A stretch of DNA of 50,642 nt from IMG/VR virus record IMGVR_UViG_3300030098_005849, positions 1 through 50,642 of that record. One strand, given 5' to 3'. Made by a program: the position numbers and the translations under genes. This document shows positions 35,302-45,298 of the stretch, one piece after another (the stretch's first letter is position 1; the number at the start of each line of letters is the position of its first letter). The stretch is from a virus (taxonomy: Duplodnaviria > Caudoviricetes). The notes below the pieces were generated by a model that was given only the letters and a program-made list of their open reading frames with translations, was not told the origin of the DNA and searched no databases.

Positions 35302-36951
35302 ATGGTACAGCCTATATCTTCAGTTAATAAAGAAACTTTAGCAGGTCTTTCACAAGCAGCTGATCAAGCTTTTGGTCAAAAGAGCCAAGAGTTAGCTCAA
35401 CAACAAGTTCTTATTAATGCCCAACTCGAAAGAGAAAAAATGCAAAAGAGTGATGAGGCTTCTATGCGAGCTGCTCAAATGCAACAAGATAAAATGCAAA
35501 TGGAGAAAGATAAGTTTGAATATGAAAAAGGTCAAAACGAAGTCTTTCGAAAAGAACGAGATGATGCAAGAGCATTAGAGCAACAACGTTATGATGAGCA
35601 AGCTGCAATACAAAAAGAAGAAAAAGAATATCGTAGGAATAAAGACAAAAGTCAAAAGGACTATGAAAATAAATTAATGCAATACAACGCTATAAGAGAA
35701 AAGTATCAAATGCAAATAGCTGCTGCTGAAAGAGAAGGTAATATTGAAAAAGCAGCAAGCCTTGCTAGACTTGAACAACATGAGGAAACTTTATTAGAAG
35801 CAAAAACAAATTTAACAGCAAGAAAAACTGCTTTTGGTGGCGATCTGGAAACTGCTGGTAACCACGCTCTTGCTTTAATGTTACAAGAATATGCAAACTC
35901 TTCTGAAAGGTTTGAAAAGTTTAAAGGTGGAATTGCAGGAATTGCAGAGGGTTATTTAGGTGAAGGTAGTGGGATACTAGAAGTAATAAAAAATGCAGAT
36001 TTAAACACAAATGAGGGAAGAAACTCAATACAGGAATTTTTAATTAATGGTATAGGTAGTGGAGTTGTAAGAGACTTAATTGATAGAGGATATGCTGATG
36101 TTGTTTTTGAACTAGCTGGAGATGAAATATGGTCTTCTGATCCTCTTAAAAAAGAACAGTCTATAATCAATTTGCAAGAACGAGTAAATGCAGGTTTTAC
36201 TGCTGCTTTTAATGATCCTGGAGGTACTGAGTATTCAAATTTTATAAATAGCCTTCCTGATAATACTCCTTATAGAACTATCATAGATCAAATTGTTTCT
36301 GGCACTCTTTCAGAAGTAGCAGGTTTTTATGGTGGTATGGCAAGTGAAGAAATTAAAAACAATCTTTTTCCTGACACTAAAGATAGTACTTATGTTTCAG
36401 ATGAAGCATCTCGTTTTAGTAGAATTTCTACAAATATTGCTAGAAGAAGTCCTGTAGGAATGTTTTCAACAGGTAATGTAGAAGAAACTAGAAAAGCATT
36501 ACAAGTTAAATTAGATAGCCAAGCTTTAGGTATTATTATGGCAAATCCTAATTTATCTGAACCTGGTCAACTAGATGCTATTATTGCAGATTTAAGAGAT
36601 CCTTCTCAATTCTCTACTCAAACAGAACAACTATTAGGAGGTTTATATAATACTGTAGCTAACATTATAGACTTTGCTCCTACTGAAGCTGCTAGACAAA
36701 GAGTTACTCAAGCTTTTGAAAAAGCTTACGGGACAGCTACTGTTGGAGGAGAATCCCCTTTTGAAACAACAACTCGTCTAAGATTAGCAGAACTTTTAGA
36801 AACTAAAAAAGATGAACTTATAGCTATGAAAGAAGAAGATGATGCTGAAAGTGCATATGAAATGACTTCTCAAACAGTAGATGCAAGGACTAGTGACAGA
36901 ATAGCAGCACTTGAAGCACTCTTAGCTCAACAACCTGTTCCTCAGAGGTAA
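35302..36951 (+). CDS. Internal virion (ejection) protein, coiled coil
   Basis: 549 aa, E/Q/K-rich N-terminal coiled coil. Confidence 0.6.
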   Translation: MVQPISSVNKETLAGLSQAADQAFGQKSQELAQQQVLINAQLEREKMQKSDEASMRAAQMQQDKMQMEKDKFEYEKGQNEVFRKERDDARALEQQRYDEQAAIQKEEKEYRRNKDKSQKDYENKLMQYNAIREKYQMQIAAAEREGNIEKAASLARLEQHEETLLEAKTNLTARKTAFGGDLETAGNHALALMLQEYANSSERFEKFKGGIAGIAEGYLGEGSGILEVIKNADLNTNEGRNSIQEFLINGIGSGVVRDLIDRGYADVVFELAGDEIWSSDPLKKEQSIINLQERVNAGFTAAFNDPGGTEYSNFINSLPDNTPYRTIIDQIVSGTLSEVAGFYGGMASEEIKNNLFPDTKDSTYVSDEASRFSRISTNIARRSPVGMFSTGNVEETRKALQVKLDSQALGIIMANPNLSEPGQLDAIIADLRDPSQFSTQTEQLLGGLYNTVANIIDFAPTEAARQRVTQAFEKAYGTATVGGESPFETTTRLRLAELLETKKDELIAMKEEDDAESAYEMTSQTVDARTSDRIAALEALLAQQPVPQR

Positions 36952-36954
36952 AGA

Positions 36955-37290
36955 ATGAAACCTAATTATAAGACTATTAGCCATTTAAGTTGTTTAGACC
37001 ATAATGCCAGGGGAGCATCGCTCATTCCTCTGGGGGGAAAAACGAATGAGGTTATAGTTAATCTTTCAGATGAGGAAGGTATAGAAGAGATTAAAGGATC
37101 TCGTATTTATCCTAAACAGATTAGAAAGTTTCTTTGGAATAACAGAAAATCAAGAGCTTTTACTCGAAGAGAATCAGTTCTTTGGACTGCTTATATTCCT
37201 GGAACAGACACTTCTATTTTAGGAGTGGGAGCTTATACTAAAAGACGTATAGCAGAACGTTCTAAGAAGGAGATTATTTCCAATGGCTAG
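36955..37290 (+). CDS. Hypothetical basic protein
   Basis: 111 aa, SD GAGGT. Confidence 0.65.
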   Translation: MKPNYKTISHLSCLDHNARGASLIPLGGKTNEVIVNLSDEEGIEEIKGSRIYPKQIRKFLWNNRKSRAFTRRESVLWTAYIPGTDTSILGVGAYTKRRIAERSKKEIISNG

Positions 37291-39832
37291 AGGAAAAAGA
37301 GTAGCTATTGTTGGAAGTAGAACTGGAATAAAGCAACAACAAGTTGTTGACTTTGTAAACAGTTTGCCTGAAGGAACTATTGTTGTAAGTGGAGGTGCAA
37401 GAGGAGTTGACAAATGGGCTGAAGAGGCTGCTAGAGTTAGAGGATTAGAAGTAGATATTTATCCTGCAGATTGGAATAGACTAGGTAAAAAAGCAGGTAT
37501 GATAAGAAATAGAGATATTGTTAAAAATGCTGATGAAGTGGTAGCTTTTTGGGATGGTAAAAGTCGTGGAACAAAAAATACTATGGAGCTTGCTGAACAA
37601 GCAGGGAAATTAATTACCCCTAATCAAAAAGGAGTTACCTCAATGGCTAAAAAAACTGACCTTCCTCCAAGATATTTATCTGGTCTGCCTGAGGGAAGAG
37701 AATTAGCAGAAACTCAAAGAGAAGCAATGGGACTTCCCCCACTAGTTAAAAACACTCAACTCTACACTGCAAAAGATTTACCTCTTTTAAAAAAACTTTT
37801 ATCTAATGCTCATATTAAAGTTTTAGACTCTTATGAAAAGCAACGCCAAATGGCAGGTAAACCTACTGGAAGGAGTTTAGAGGAGAATTTGAATAATTTA
37901 AAGTTAGATGAGTTATATGATAGACAACAAAGAGTTTATAGCGATATAATGACTCGTTTAGATAAAATTATAAAAGGTTCTTCAAAACTTGGGGATGGAA
38001 GCATAGAGTTTAGAGGAGAATCTTTAAAAGATATTTTAAATTTTGAGAAAGAACAGTTTATAAAAGATTTTAAAGACGTACCTAATCCATATGATGATAA
38101 AGGTACTGATTCTATTATGCCTTCAAAATCTAAACTGCCCTCTCAAGGGTTGGGAGATTTGCCTAAACAAGTAGGTAAAAAAACTCAAACTTATACTATG
38201 AAAGATTTACCTCGTTTATATAGTATTTTAGAAAATGCTCAAAGTAAAATTGCAGACGCTTTTTATTTCCAAGACGAAATGGGATTTGAAGCAGCTTCAA
38301 AACAAACTAAAGTTTATAAAGATATAGATAAACGAATAACTGCAATTATAGAGAATCTTGAAGGTAGCAATATAGACCCTATAGGTGAAGTACAAGCTGC
38401 TGCTGGTATACGTCCGTCTCCAGCAACTAATATTCCTTATGAAGGAGAACCTTTAGAAGATATTTTAAAACGAGATCTTGAGAGAGTCCGTCCTGTTAGC
38501 CCTTCAAAAGTAGGTCCTAAAAAACCTAAAGGGTTGGGAGATTTACCTAAACCTGTATCTCCTAATATACAAAGAGCTAGAGAAAGAGCTAAACAAGCTA
38601 GGATAAATAAAGCTTTAACTCCTCCTGAATCATTAGGTCATCCTCCTCCTCAAAATCCTAGATCAGCTGGATTTGGAAGACCAGGAGGAGTAGGAGAAAT
38701 GGTAAGTGTTGAACCTGGTGGATATCCTCAAAGACCTAGAAAAGGACCTAAACCTTTTGATATTGGAATTTTTGAAGCTGATCAAATTCCTTATGAACCT
38801 AAACCTATGGAATTAGGTCCTGTTGGAAAATCAGCAGGAAGACCTCTTTTACAAATTCAAGGAACGCTTAAGATTCTTGATGATTTAAATTTAGATGATA
38901 TTAAAGGAATGAAAGAAGGAGAGTTAGTTAACCTTTTAGAAGAATTAAGAACTATTAGTGATGATGGTAAACAAATAGCAAATAGGATAAATCGTCAAGT
39001 AGATTTATCTCCTGCTGCAAAATCTAAAATTAAAAAAATATTAAAACTTGCTAATGAAAAAGCTGACGAAATAAAAGTAGAAAATCTTATGCCTTCTCCT
39101 GACGCAAGTCCAAGAATTATTAGTGAAGCAGAAGTTAAAAAAGCAACTCGAGCAGCTGTAAAGCTTGATCCTGCTGGTCGTACCCCAGGAGGAGTAGGAA
39201 CTAAACTAGGAGCTGCGGGTGAAGCCGTAGAAGATATGATGAAAATTCCAATAGATGAAGCGGGTAAACTATTATCCCAAGAAAGAATGTTACCACTTAG
39301 ATCTTCTCCTACAGCAGGAGTAGATGTCCCTGTAAATCCAGCTACATTAAATGAATTAGAAGCTAAAATTGATTTTACAGATACAACAAAATGGAGATTA
39401 ACAGGTCCTCCTGGTTCGCCAGGTGCTACTTATATGTGGATAGGGGAAGGAGATCCTCCTAAAATTACAGGAATGGAGGTTCCTGTAGGAAAAGTTTCTG
39501 AAATACAAGAAACAAAACAAAGATTCTTTAAAGGTAAAGGTGGAAAAGTATTAGGAGCGTTAGGAGCTCTTGGTGGTTTCTTTACTTTATACGATTCACT
39601 TACTGCAGGTAATAGAGAACGAAAAGCTGCACAAGCTGCTTTAGAACAATTACGTTTAAAAAGATCAATGGCAAGAAGAAATCAAGCTATGATGCCTGAT
39701 CCTGCTTCTGCAAGGTTTTTACAATTACAAGCTGCATTAGATGCTGCAAGGGAACCTCAAGGTGCTCAAAGAGGTATTTATGATACAGCACTAGGTAACT
39801 TAACTCGTACTAATATGCGGGATATAGCATAG
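37283..39832 (+). CDS. SLOG (YspA/DUF2493/DprA-like) domain fused to an ejection-type protein
   Basis: aa 1-110 VAIVGSR...VSGGARGVD...PADW...AGMIRN...VAFWDGKSRGT; Pro/Lys-rich body; C-terminal GKVLGALGALGGFF hydrophobic helix. Confidence 0.85.
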   Translation: MARGKRVAIVGSRTGIKQQQVVDFVNSLPEGTIVVSGGARGVDKWAEEAARVRGLEVDIYPADWNRLGKKAGMIRNRDIVKNADEVVAFWDGKSRGTKNTMELAEQAGKLITPNQKGVTSMAKKTDLPPRYLSGLPEGRELAETQREAMGLPPLVKNTQLYTAKDLPLLKKLLSNAHIKVLDSYEKQRQMAGKPTGRSLEENLNNLKLDELYDRQQRVYSDIMTRLDKIIKGSSKLGDGSIEFRGESLKDILNFEKEQFIKDFKDVPNPYDDKGTDSIMPSKSKLPSQGLGDLPKQVGKKTQTYTMKDLPRLYSILENAQSKIADAFYFQDEMGFEAASKQTKVYKDIDKRITAIIENLEGSNIDPIGEVQAAAGIRPSPATNIPYEGEPLEDILKRDLERVRPVSPSKVGPKKPKGLGDLPKPVSPNIQRARERAKQARINKALTPPESLGHPPPQNPRSAGFGRPGGVGEMVSVEPGGYPQRPRKGPKPFDIGIFEADQIPYEPKPMELGPVGKSAGRPLLQIQGTLKILDDLNLDDIKGMKEGELVNLLEELRTISDDGKQIANRINRQVDLSPAAKSKIKKILKLANEKADEIKVENLMPSPDASPRIISEAEVKKATRAAVKLDPAGRTPGGVGTKLGAAGEAVEDMMKIPIDEAGKLLSQERMLPLRSSPTAGVDVPVNPATLNELEAKIDFTDTTKWRLTGPPGSPGATYMWIGEGDPPKITGMEVPVGKVSEIQETKQRFFKGKGGKVLGALGALGGFFTLYDSLTAGNRERKAAQAALEQLRLKRSMARRNQAMMPDPASARFLQLQAALDAAREPQGAQRGIYDTALGNLTRTNMRDIA

Positions 39833-39841
39833 GATTTTTAA

Positions 39842-40360
39842 ATGGCTAAGATAAAAGCAGGGCTAGATGTCTTAAGAAAATTAGGTAAAGGAGCAACAGA
39901 AGTTACTTCTGGTATGCCTACTGCTTCTCTTAAAGGAATTTCCTCTGGAGGAATAGGAGAAAAAGCTGCTGCTGCGGGAGCTCTCGGTGGGGGAGCTATC
40001 GCAGGTGGTGCTTTTCTTGGTTCTGCTGTAGGTAAACCTTTGTTAGAAGGTATTGTTAGCGATGCTTTTGTAGGAGGAACAGAAGGGGTAGATGTTCCTT
40101 TATATGGTAAAGTTTATGATTCTTCTTTTAACCAATCTATAACAGGATTAAGGTTAGCAAGGAGAAGAGAAGAAAATCTATTTCAACAGTTAGAAAAAAA
40201 ACGAGAAGAGTCTAGACGTTTAATTAGCTCTCTTGCCTTATTAAACCCCCAAAAGTACAATGAGCTTTTAGCAGGAAGAAGTCTTCCAGAAGATGCAACT
40301 GTAATTGGGGGGAGTGCAGACTTAAGTTTACTTGAACAGTTTGCAAATCAAATAGGGTAA
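39842..40360 (+). CDS. Small Gly/Ala-rich ejection-type protein
   Basis: AAAAGALGGGAIAGGAFLGSAVG stretch followed by a charged helix. Confidence 0.6.
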   Translation: MAKIKAGLDVLRKLGKGATEVTSGMPTASLKGISSGGIGEKAAAAGALGGGAIAGGAFLGSAVGKPLLEGIVSDAFVGGTEGVDVPLYGKVYDSSFNQSITGLRLARRREENLFQQLEKKREESRRLISSLALLNPQKYNELLAGRSLPEDATVIGGSADLSLLEQFANQIG

Positions 40361-43300
40361 TGTCAAAGTTTGAATCTATAACTGCTTATGATTCCCCAGG
40401 AGTGATTTTAAATCAGTTCTTAAATGATTCTGTCACAATGGAATCAGTATTCAATACTTTTGTACGGCCTAATAACCTATCTCCTGTTCAAAGAGAAAAC
40501 TATCGAACTCTGTTAAAAGATAAACATGCAGGGGAAAGTAAGCTAGGAAGAGCTTTAATAGGTATAGCGACTAACCCTTTTGTATGGTTAACCATAGGTT
40601 TATCTCCTCCAGGAGCTAGAGCTGTTCAATCAGGAACTAAAATTTTTACTCAGAATGCTCGATTGGCTTCTAAAAATATATCTACTAACTCTGATTTCTT
40701 ACAACAAGTAGGTGCTTTAGATGCTCATGATATCTATAGAGGCACCAGTGTTGTTCCTATTCTACAAAAAGTTAAAGGAACAATGGATGAGTTAGGTAAT
40801 GAAGTAAACGAAATTTTAGAACCTGCTCTTAATAAAATGGCTAAACGGTTGTCAGTTAAGCATGATGTGGTTATTTCCCCCCAAGACATTATGTCGGGGA
40901 ATGTTCCTTCTAATGTAAAGTCTGATGTAGCGGAAGCTAAAAGGTTAGTAAGTGCTGCTTTGGAAAAAAGGTATCTCTCTGAAGAATCGAATGTTAGAAG
41001 AGTAATGGGAATAACAGAAGATGGTAAATCGGTTATAGAAGAAATTCCTATCAAACAACTAGTAAATGAAAATGTTATGAATGCCAGGTTATCTGCTCTA
41101 GGTGCTGATGAACTAGTAACTGCTATGCGTAAAAGTTATAACACTCGTTATGCCAAATTAATTTTAGACGAGGATAATTTTAAGTTGTATCAAGAAGCTT
41201 TGGATAGAGGAGAAAGTATAGAAGATGCAGCTAGGTTTATTAAAAAAGACCAGGATAAATTAGATCGTATCTTCAGATCTTTTACTGCAGGAAAAGAAGG
41301 AAATGTATTATTTAATGCTAATGCGGTAGAAAAGTTTAATGACTTTCATAGGGGTGCTGATCTTGTAGAACAACTTCTTGGAGCCGATGCTGCATTGTTA
41401 TTTAAACAAGGGAAGTTATCTAAAGAAGTATTTGATGAGTTTATAGATGTTACTTTTATTAACCCTATGAGACAACAAAACTATGTCCCTCGTAATAATC
41501 TTAGCCCTTTAGTTGATCACAGAGGAAGAGCAAGAAAAATAGGTGGGATACACTCAGCTACTACTCCTGCAGAAATAGCAGAATATTCAAGTGAGTTTAA
41601 TATAGCTAGTAATTTTGGTGACACAGCTGAAGCTACTAAAAAATCTAACCTTATTCAAAAAGGTTTAAAAGAAACTACTTTTGATCCTGAAGACTTAGAC
41701 TACTTTATTAATCTAGCAAATACCCCAGGAGCTGAAATTCCTGAGCTTGCTTTTTCATTACGAAATCAAAAAGAACGAACTATAAGTGTTGCTAAATCAA
41801 GATACGCTAATAATGAAGGGGTTACTTTAGTTGACCCTATGGATCCCTTTGCTAACCACAATAGATACATGCGTAAAACAGGTGAAACATACGCTTACCA
41901 TGTAGCAGGTAAAGGGGGCAAAGATTTTGCTGATGAGTTTTGGTCTCCGTTAATAGCAGATGTAGATGCTAATATTAAAGATGCTCAAAGAATAGGTGGT
42001 AAATCTGCTCGAGAGTTAAAAGCTACTTATAGTGTACGTTTAGATGATGCGGATTTAGATATTCCATTAAGTGTAAATATTAATAAAGCTGGGGCTGCTC
42101 CCAAAGGAGGCTGGTCTGTAGCTGACCTTTTAGAAAGAGAATATAAATTATTAAATTCAATGGGAAGAACACAGGCAAAAGAAGTATTGTCTGATTTGTT
42201 TATTCCTAAGATGGCTAATCGTCTTTCTATTAAACATACTTCAACTCTTGCTGCTCAATACAGTTCAAAGATTGCTATAGATAATTTTGCCAAAGGAACT
42301 TTTGGTAAAGGAATTAGAAGATATGGTGGTTCTTTAGGTAATAAGTTTGTAGATAAGTTAGAAAACCTAGCTTCTGTAAACTTAGACAAACCTCTTACAG
42401 GTAGAAATGTACATGAAAGAATAGCTAGTTATTTATATGTGTCTCACCTGGGAGTGAACTTAGGTTCAGTTATGTTGAACTTAACCCAACCTTTTTTACA
42501 TACTGCAGCTTGGTCAGGAACAGGTAATGTTGTAAAAGCCTACGGTCAAGCCGTAGGAGATATGTTGAACTATACTAAACAAAGGATAGCTAAACACGGA
42601 TTTGGTAGGATTTCTAACAACCAAAGAAGTAAGTTAATTCAAGATAATCTTACTCATGCTGAGTTAATAGGTATCCAAGATGATTTGTTTAAAAACTTAG
42701 ACGATGCTATTAGTACTGGAGTAGGAGGAGAACCTCCTTCTATGGCTAGATGGTTATCTATGGATTTACCTATGAAGATGTTTGAAAAAACAGAATGGTT
42801 AAATCGTTTAGTAACTGCTCATACCGTAGATAATCTTTATAAACAAGCAGGGACTAAAGCTGCTTTTATAAAAGGTTCAAGTGCTTATTTTAATAGACTT
42901 CAATCTATCCAAGAAATGGTAGATAAAACTCAGTTTGGTGGCACTGCCTTAAATCAGCCCTTACTCTTCCAAGGGGCTGGACCAATTGGAAGGGTAGGAG
43001 ATCTTCCTACAGCTCGTCAGTTTCTTTCTTTTCCTATGAAAGCCTTTACTTCTCTTGTTCGTACCAGTCAAGATGTAGGGGGAGGAAGACGGTTTCTTAG
43101 CCCTATTCTAGGAGGAGCTGAGATACCCCAGTTTGCGGGGCGTTATACGGCTCCTATGGCTGACTTTGCCAGAAGTATGGGGATAGGGGCTGTGATCTAC
43201 GAAGCCAGTAAGGAGATGCTAGGGGCTGATATGACCAGAGGCCTAGGAGCTTCTGCTTATTTTGAGATCTTACCTTTTAATGAGATTATGAATCAGAACC

Positions 43301-44136
43301 AAAATCGAAAGACTTTTGGTATTTTGCCTACTCCTCCCATCCTTGATATTGCAGTCAATATGGTAAGTGACGGGGGGTTAACAGGACAATCATTTGCAAG
43401 ACTACTCCCTGGTGGAGTTTCTTTGTCTAGAGCTTTATCAATATCTACTCAAGCTGATCCTAGTTCTTTATTTGGTTTGCCTCAAGCCATGCAAAAAAAG
43501 TATGTTGATTGGAACAAGCCAAACGAAAAAGGAATGTATCCCGTGTATATGGGAGATGGTAGATTCGTAGAATATAGAGATGGTAAAGAGTTAGTATTAA
43601 AAGGTTTAGGTATGGACTTGGGTAGGTACAACAAGTCAGGTGAATTAGATGGATACCTTTTAAAACAAAGAGAAATTATAAGAGATTACAAAAGAAGAGC
43701 ATTGGCTGCTTTGATGTCTAATGACATTGAGGAGTACAATAAGATTGATTTAGATTTCCGTAGGAAGTATAGAGATCCTAAAACAGGGGAAGAATTACCT
43801 CTTACTATTACTAGGACTCAACTACGTTCCTTTATAGATAATCGTAATAAAGCTAGAACAGAAAGAATTTACGATCAGTTAGATAAGAATGTAAGAAGTC
43901 AATACGAAAAATTGTTTGCAGGAGAAGCGGATCGTGTGGGTATTCCTGAACATGTAATTCTTAATCCTGAAGCTAAAACTGCTAAAGCAAGATCACAATT
44001 TTTTGATAGAAATTCAAATTTAAACTTAACTCCTGAGACAGAACAGTTTATAAATAAGATGATGCGTGATCAAAAAGAGAAAGAGTTTTTCCAAGAACCA
44101 TCTTTTATAGGTTACAAGCCTTATGGGACAGAATAA
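40360..44136 (+). CDS. Large internal virion (DNA ejection) protein
   Basis: 1258 aa, helical, no Cys; NLGSVMLNLTQP and QFLSFP motifs typical of large ejection proteins. Confidence 0.65.
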   Translation: MSKFESITAYDSPGVILNQFLNDSVTMESVFNTFVRPNNLSPVQRENYRTLLKDKHAGESKLGRALIGIATNPFVWLTIGLSPPGARAVQSGTKIFTQNARLASKNISTNSDFLQQVGALDAHDIYRGTSVVPILQKVKGTMDELGNEVNEILEPALNKMAKRLSVKHDVVISPQDIMSGNVPSNVKSDVAEAKRLVSAALEKRYLSEESNVRRVMGITEDGKSVIEEIPIKQLVNENVMNARLSALGADELVTAMRKSYNTRYAKLILDEDNFKLYQEALDRGESIEDAARFIKKDQDKLDRIFRSFTAGKEGNVLFNANAVEKFNDFHRGADLVEQLLGADAALLFKQGKLSKEVFDEFIDVTFINPMRQQNYVPRNNLSPLVDHRGRARKIGGIHSATTPAEIAEYSSEFNIASNFGDTAEATKKSNLIQKGLKETTFDPEDLDYFINLANTPGAEIPELAFSLRNQKERTISVAKSRYANNEGVTLVDPMDPFANHNRYMRKTGETYAYHVAGKGGKDFADEFWSPLIADVDANIKDAQRIGGKSARELKATYSVRLDDADLDIPLSVNINKAGAAPKGGWSVADLLEREYKLLNSMGRTQAKEVLSDLFIPKMANRLSIKHTSTLAAQYSSKIAIDNFAKGTFGKGIRRYGGSLGNKFVDKLENLASVNLDKPLTGRNVHERIASYLYVSHLGVNLGSVMLNLTQPFLHTAAWSGTGNVVKAYGQAVGDMLNYTKQRIAKHGFGRISNNQRSKLIQDNLTHAELIGIQDDLFKNLDDAISTGVGGEPPSMARWLSMDLPMKMFEKTEWLNRLVTAHTVDNLYKQAGTKAAFIKGSSAYFNRLQSIQEMVDKTQFGGTALNQPLLFQGAGPIGRVGDLPTARQFLSFPMKAFTSLVRTSQDVGGGRRFLSPILGGAEIPQFAGRYTAPMADFARSMGIGAVIYEASKEMLGADMTRGLGASAYFEILPFNEIMNQNQNRKTFGILPTPPILDIAVNMVSDGGLTGQSFARLLPGGVSLSRALSISTQADPSSLFGLPQAMQKKYVDWNKPNEKGMYPVYMGDGRFVEYRDGKELVLKGLGMDLGRYNKSGELDGYLLKQREIIRDYKRRALAALMSNDIEEYNKIDLDFRRKYRDPKTGEELPLTITRTQLRSFIDNRNKARTERIYDQLDKNVRSQYEKLFAGEADRVGIPEHVILNPEAKTAKARSQFFDRNSNLNLTPETEQFINKMMRDQKEKEFFQEPSFIGYKPYGTE

Positions 44137-44893
44137 GAAGTCTAAGTTTTTAGCATTTAGTTGTGTGCATGTGCCTTTTCATCCAGAGGATATAATAAAA
44201 TCCTTACAAGAAGTTATTGTAAAAGAAAAACCTACCCATGTAATTTGTTTAGGAGATCTCTTTGATGCTACTGCCGTATCTGTCCACCCCGATGAAGCCT
44301 CTCATACTCTTGAAGAGGAGTATTATCAAGGAGCTAAATTCCTGGAACAAGTTGAATCTGTATGCTCTGAGCATTGCAAGCTCATCTGGATGCACGGCAA
44401 TCACGATGACAACATTCTTTACCCCGACCCTCGTAGAACTGACCATCGCTTACGTTCTCTGCTTGATTGGAATAGGCATTCTCAACTTGGCAAAACGTTT
44501 AGAAGATGGCGACAGTTTCCCTATATTAATTCAGAGAAGGGGATCTATAGACTTGGACCAGTCCTCTTTGCACATGGATTCAAAGCAGGGGGAAACAGCG
44601 ATGAAATCGAAGCCATCCACTTTAACAACCTCATGGGAGGACATGCCCATAGACTCATTGTACGAGGACACACCCACAGACCCGTCCCTCCAACACAATG
44701 CATGAAGGCTCGTGGTGTATCTCTTCCCCTCTGGTATGCTAATGCGGGGACTCTAGGGCCTTTGAAGCCTGTCTATATGAGAAGGAAAGATTCATCTAAC
44801 TGGGGACATGGAGTCGTGGTAGGTGAATGCAATACAGGAGATGTAAGGAGACCTAGTAAAAAAGACTGGGATTCTCAACTAATAACGCTATGA
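44123..44893 (+). CDS. Calcineurin-like metallophosphoesterase
   Basis: SCVH (motif I), GDLFD, GNHD, HG, GHTH. Confidence 0.88.
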   Translation: MGQNKKSKFLAFSCVHVPFHPEDIIKSLQEVIVKEKPTHVICLGDLFDATAVSVHPDEASHTLEEEYYQGAKFLEQVESVCSEHCKLIWMHGNHDDNILYPDPRRTDHRLRSLLDWNRHSQLGKTFRRWRQFPYINSEKGIYRLGPVLFAHGFKAGGNSDEIEAIHFNNLMGGHAHRLIVRGHTHRPVPPTQCMKARGVSLPLWYANAGTLGPLKPVYMRRKDSSNWGHGVVVGECNTGDVRRPSKKDWDSQLITL

Positions 44894-45099
44894 ATAAAAT
44901 TACTAGAGAACAGTTAGAGAATCTAGATTTCTTAGATCTTTATGAGATAATCAAAGAGTCCCCTCATTTTAGAGGAACACTCGACAGGGCAATCAACTAT
45001 TATAGGGTTCAAAATAATGGGTCAAAAAAAAGAGATCAAGAAAGAGTTTTTTCCTCCAATGTACAAAATGGTATACGTGATATGGATAGACAGTTGTGA
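44890..45099 (+). CDS. Hypothetical protein
   Basis: 69 aa, ATGA coupling. Confidence 0.5.
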   Translation: MNKITREQLENLDFLDLYEIIKESPHFRGTLDRAINYYRVQNNGSKKRDQERVFSSNVQNGIRDMDRQL

Positions 45100-45298
45100 G
45101 CCAGGGGAAAACGCTGAAGTAGAACTTAATGAGATCCCCACCCCCCAAGTTATCCAACAGGTGGGCATGTTAATTAGGGATGAAGAAGATTATATTACTA
45201 TGGCTGGGGCCTGGAAACCTGAACTTAAAACTATGGACTATGTGATCACGATCCCTAAGTTTGCTATCACTTCTATTTACTACCTAGGCGGGGTTTAA
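45017..45298 (+). CDS. Conserved small phage protein (V.W.DS...VG.L......I.MA...IP..AI)
   Basis: 93 aa; recognisable small beta-barrel-type motif. Confidence 0.65.
   Translation: MGQKKEIKKEFFPPMYKMVYVIWIDSCEPGENAEVELNEIPTPQVIQQVGMLIRDEEDYITMAGAWKPELKTMDYVITIPKFAITSIYYLGGV

Noticed and set aside
40360-44136. Virion RNA polymerase (N4- or crAss-like) that would read the early hairpins
   Set aside because: Only 1258 aa, with no DxDGD/DFDID or single-subunit RNAP motifs found
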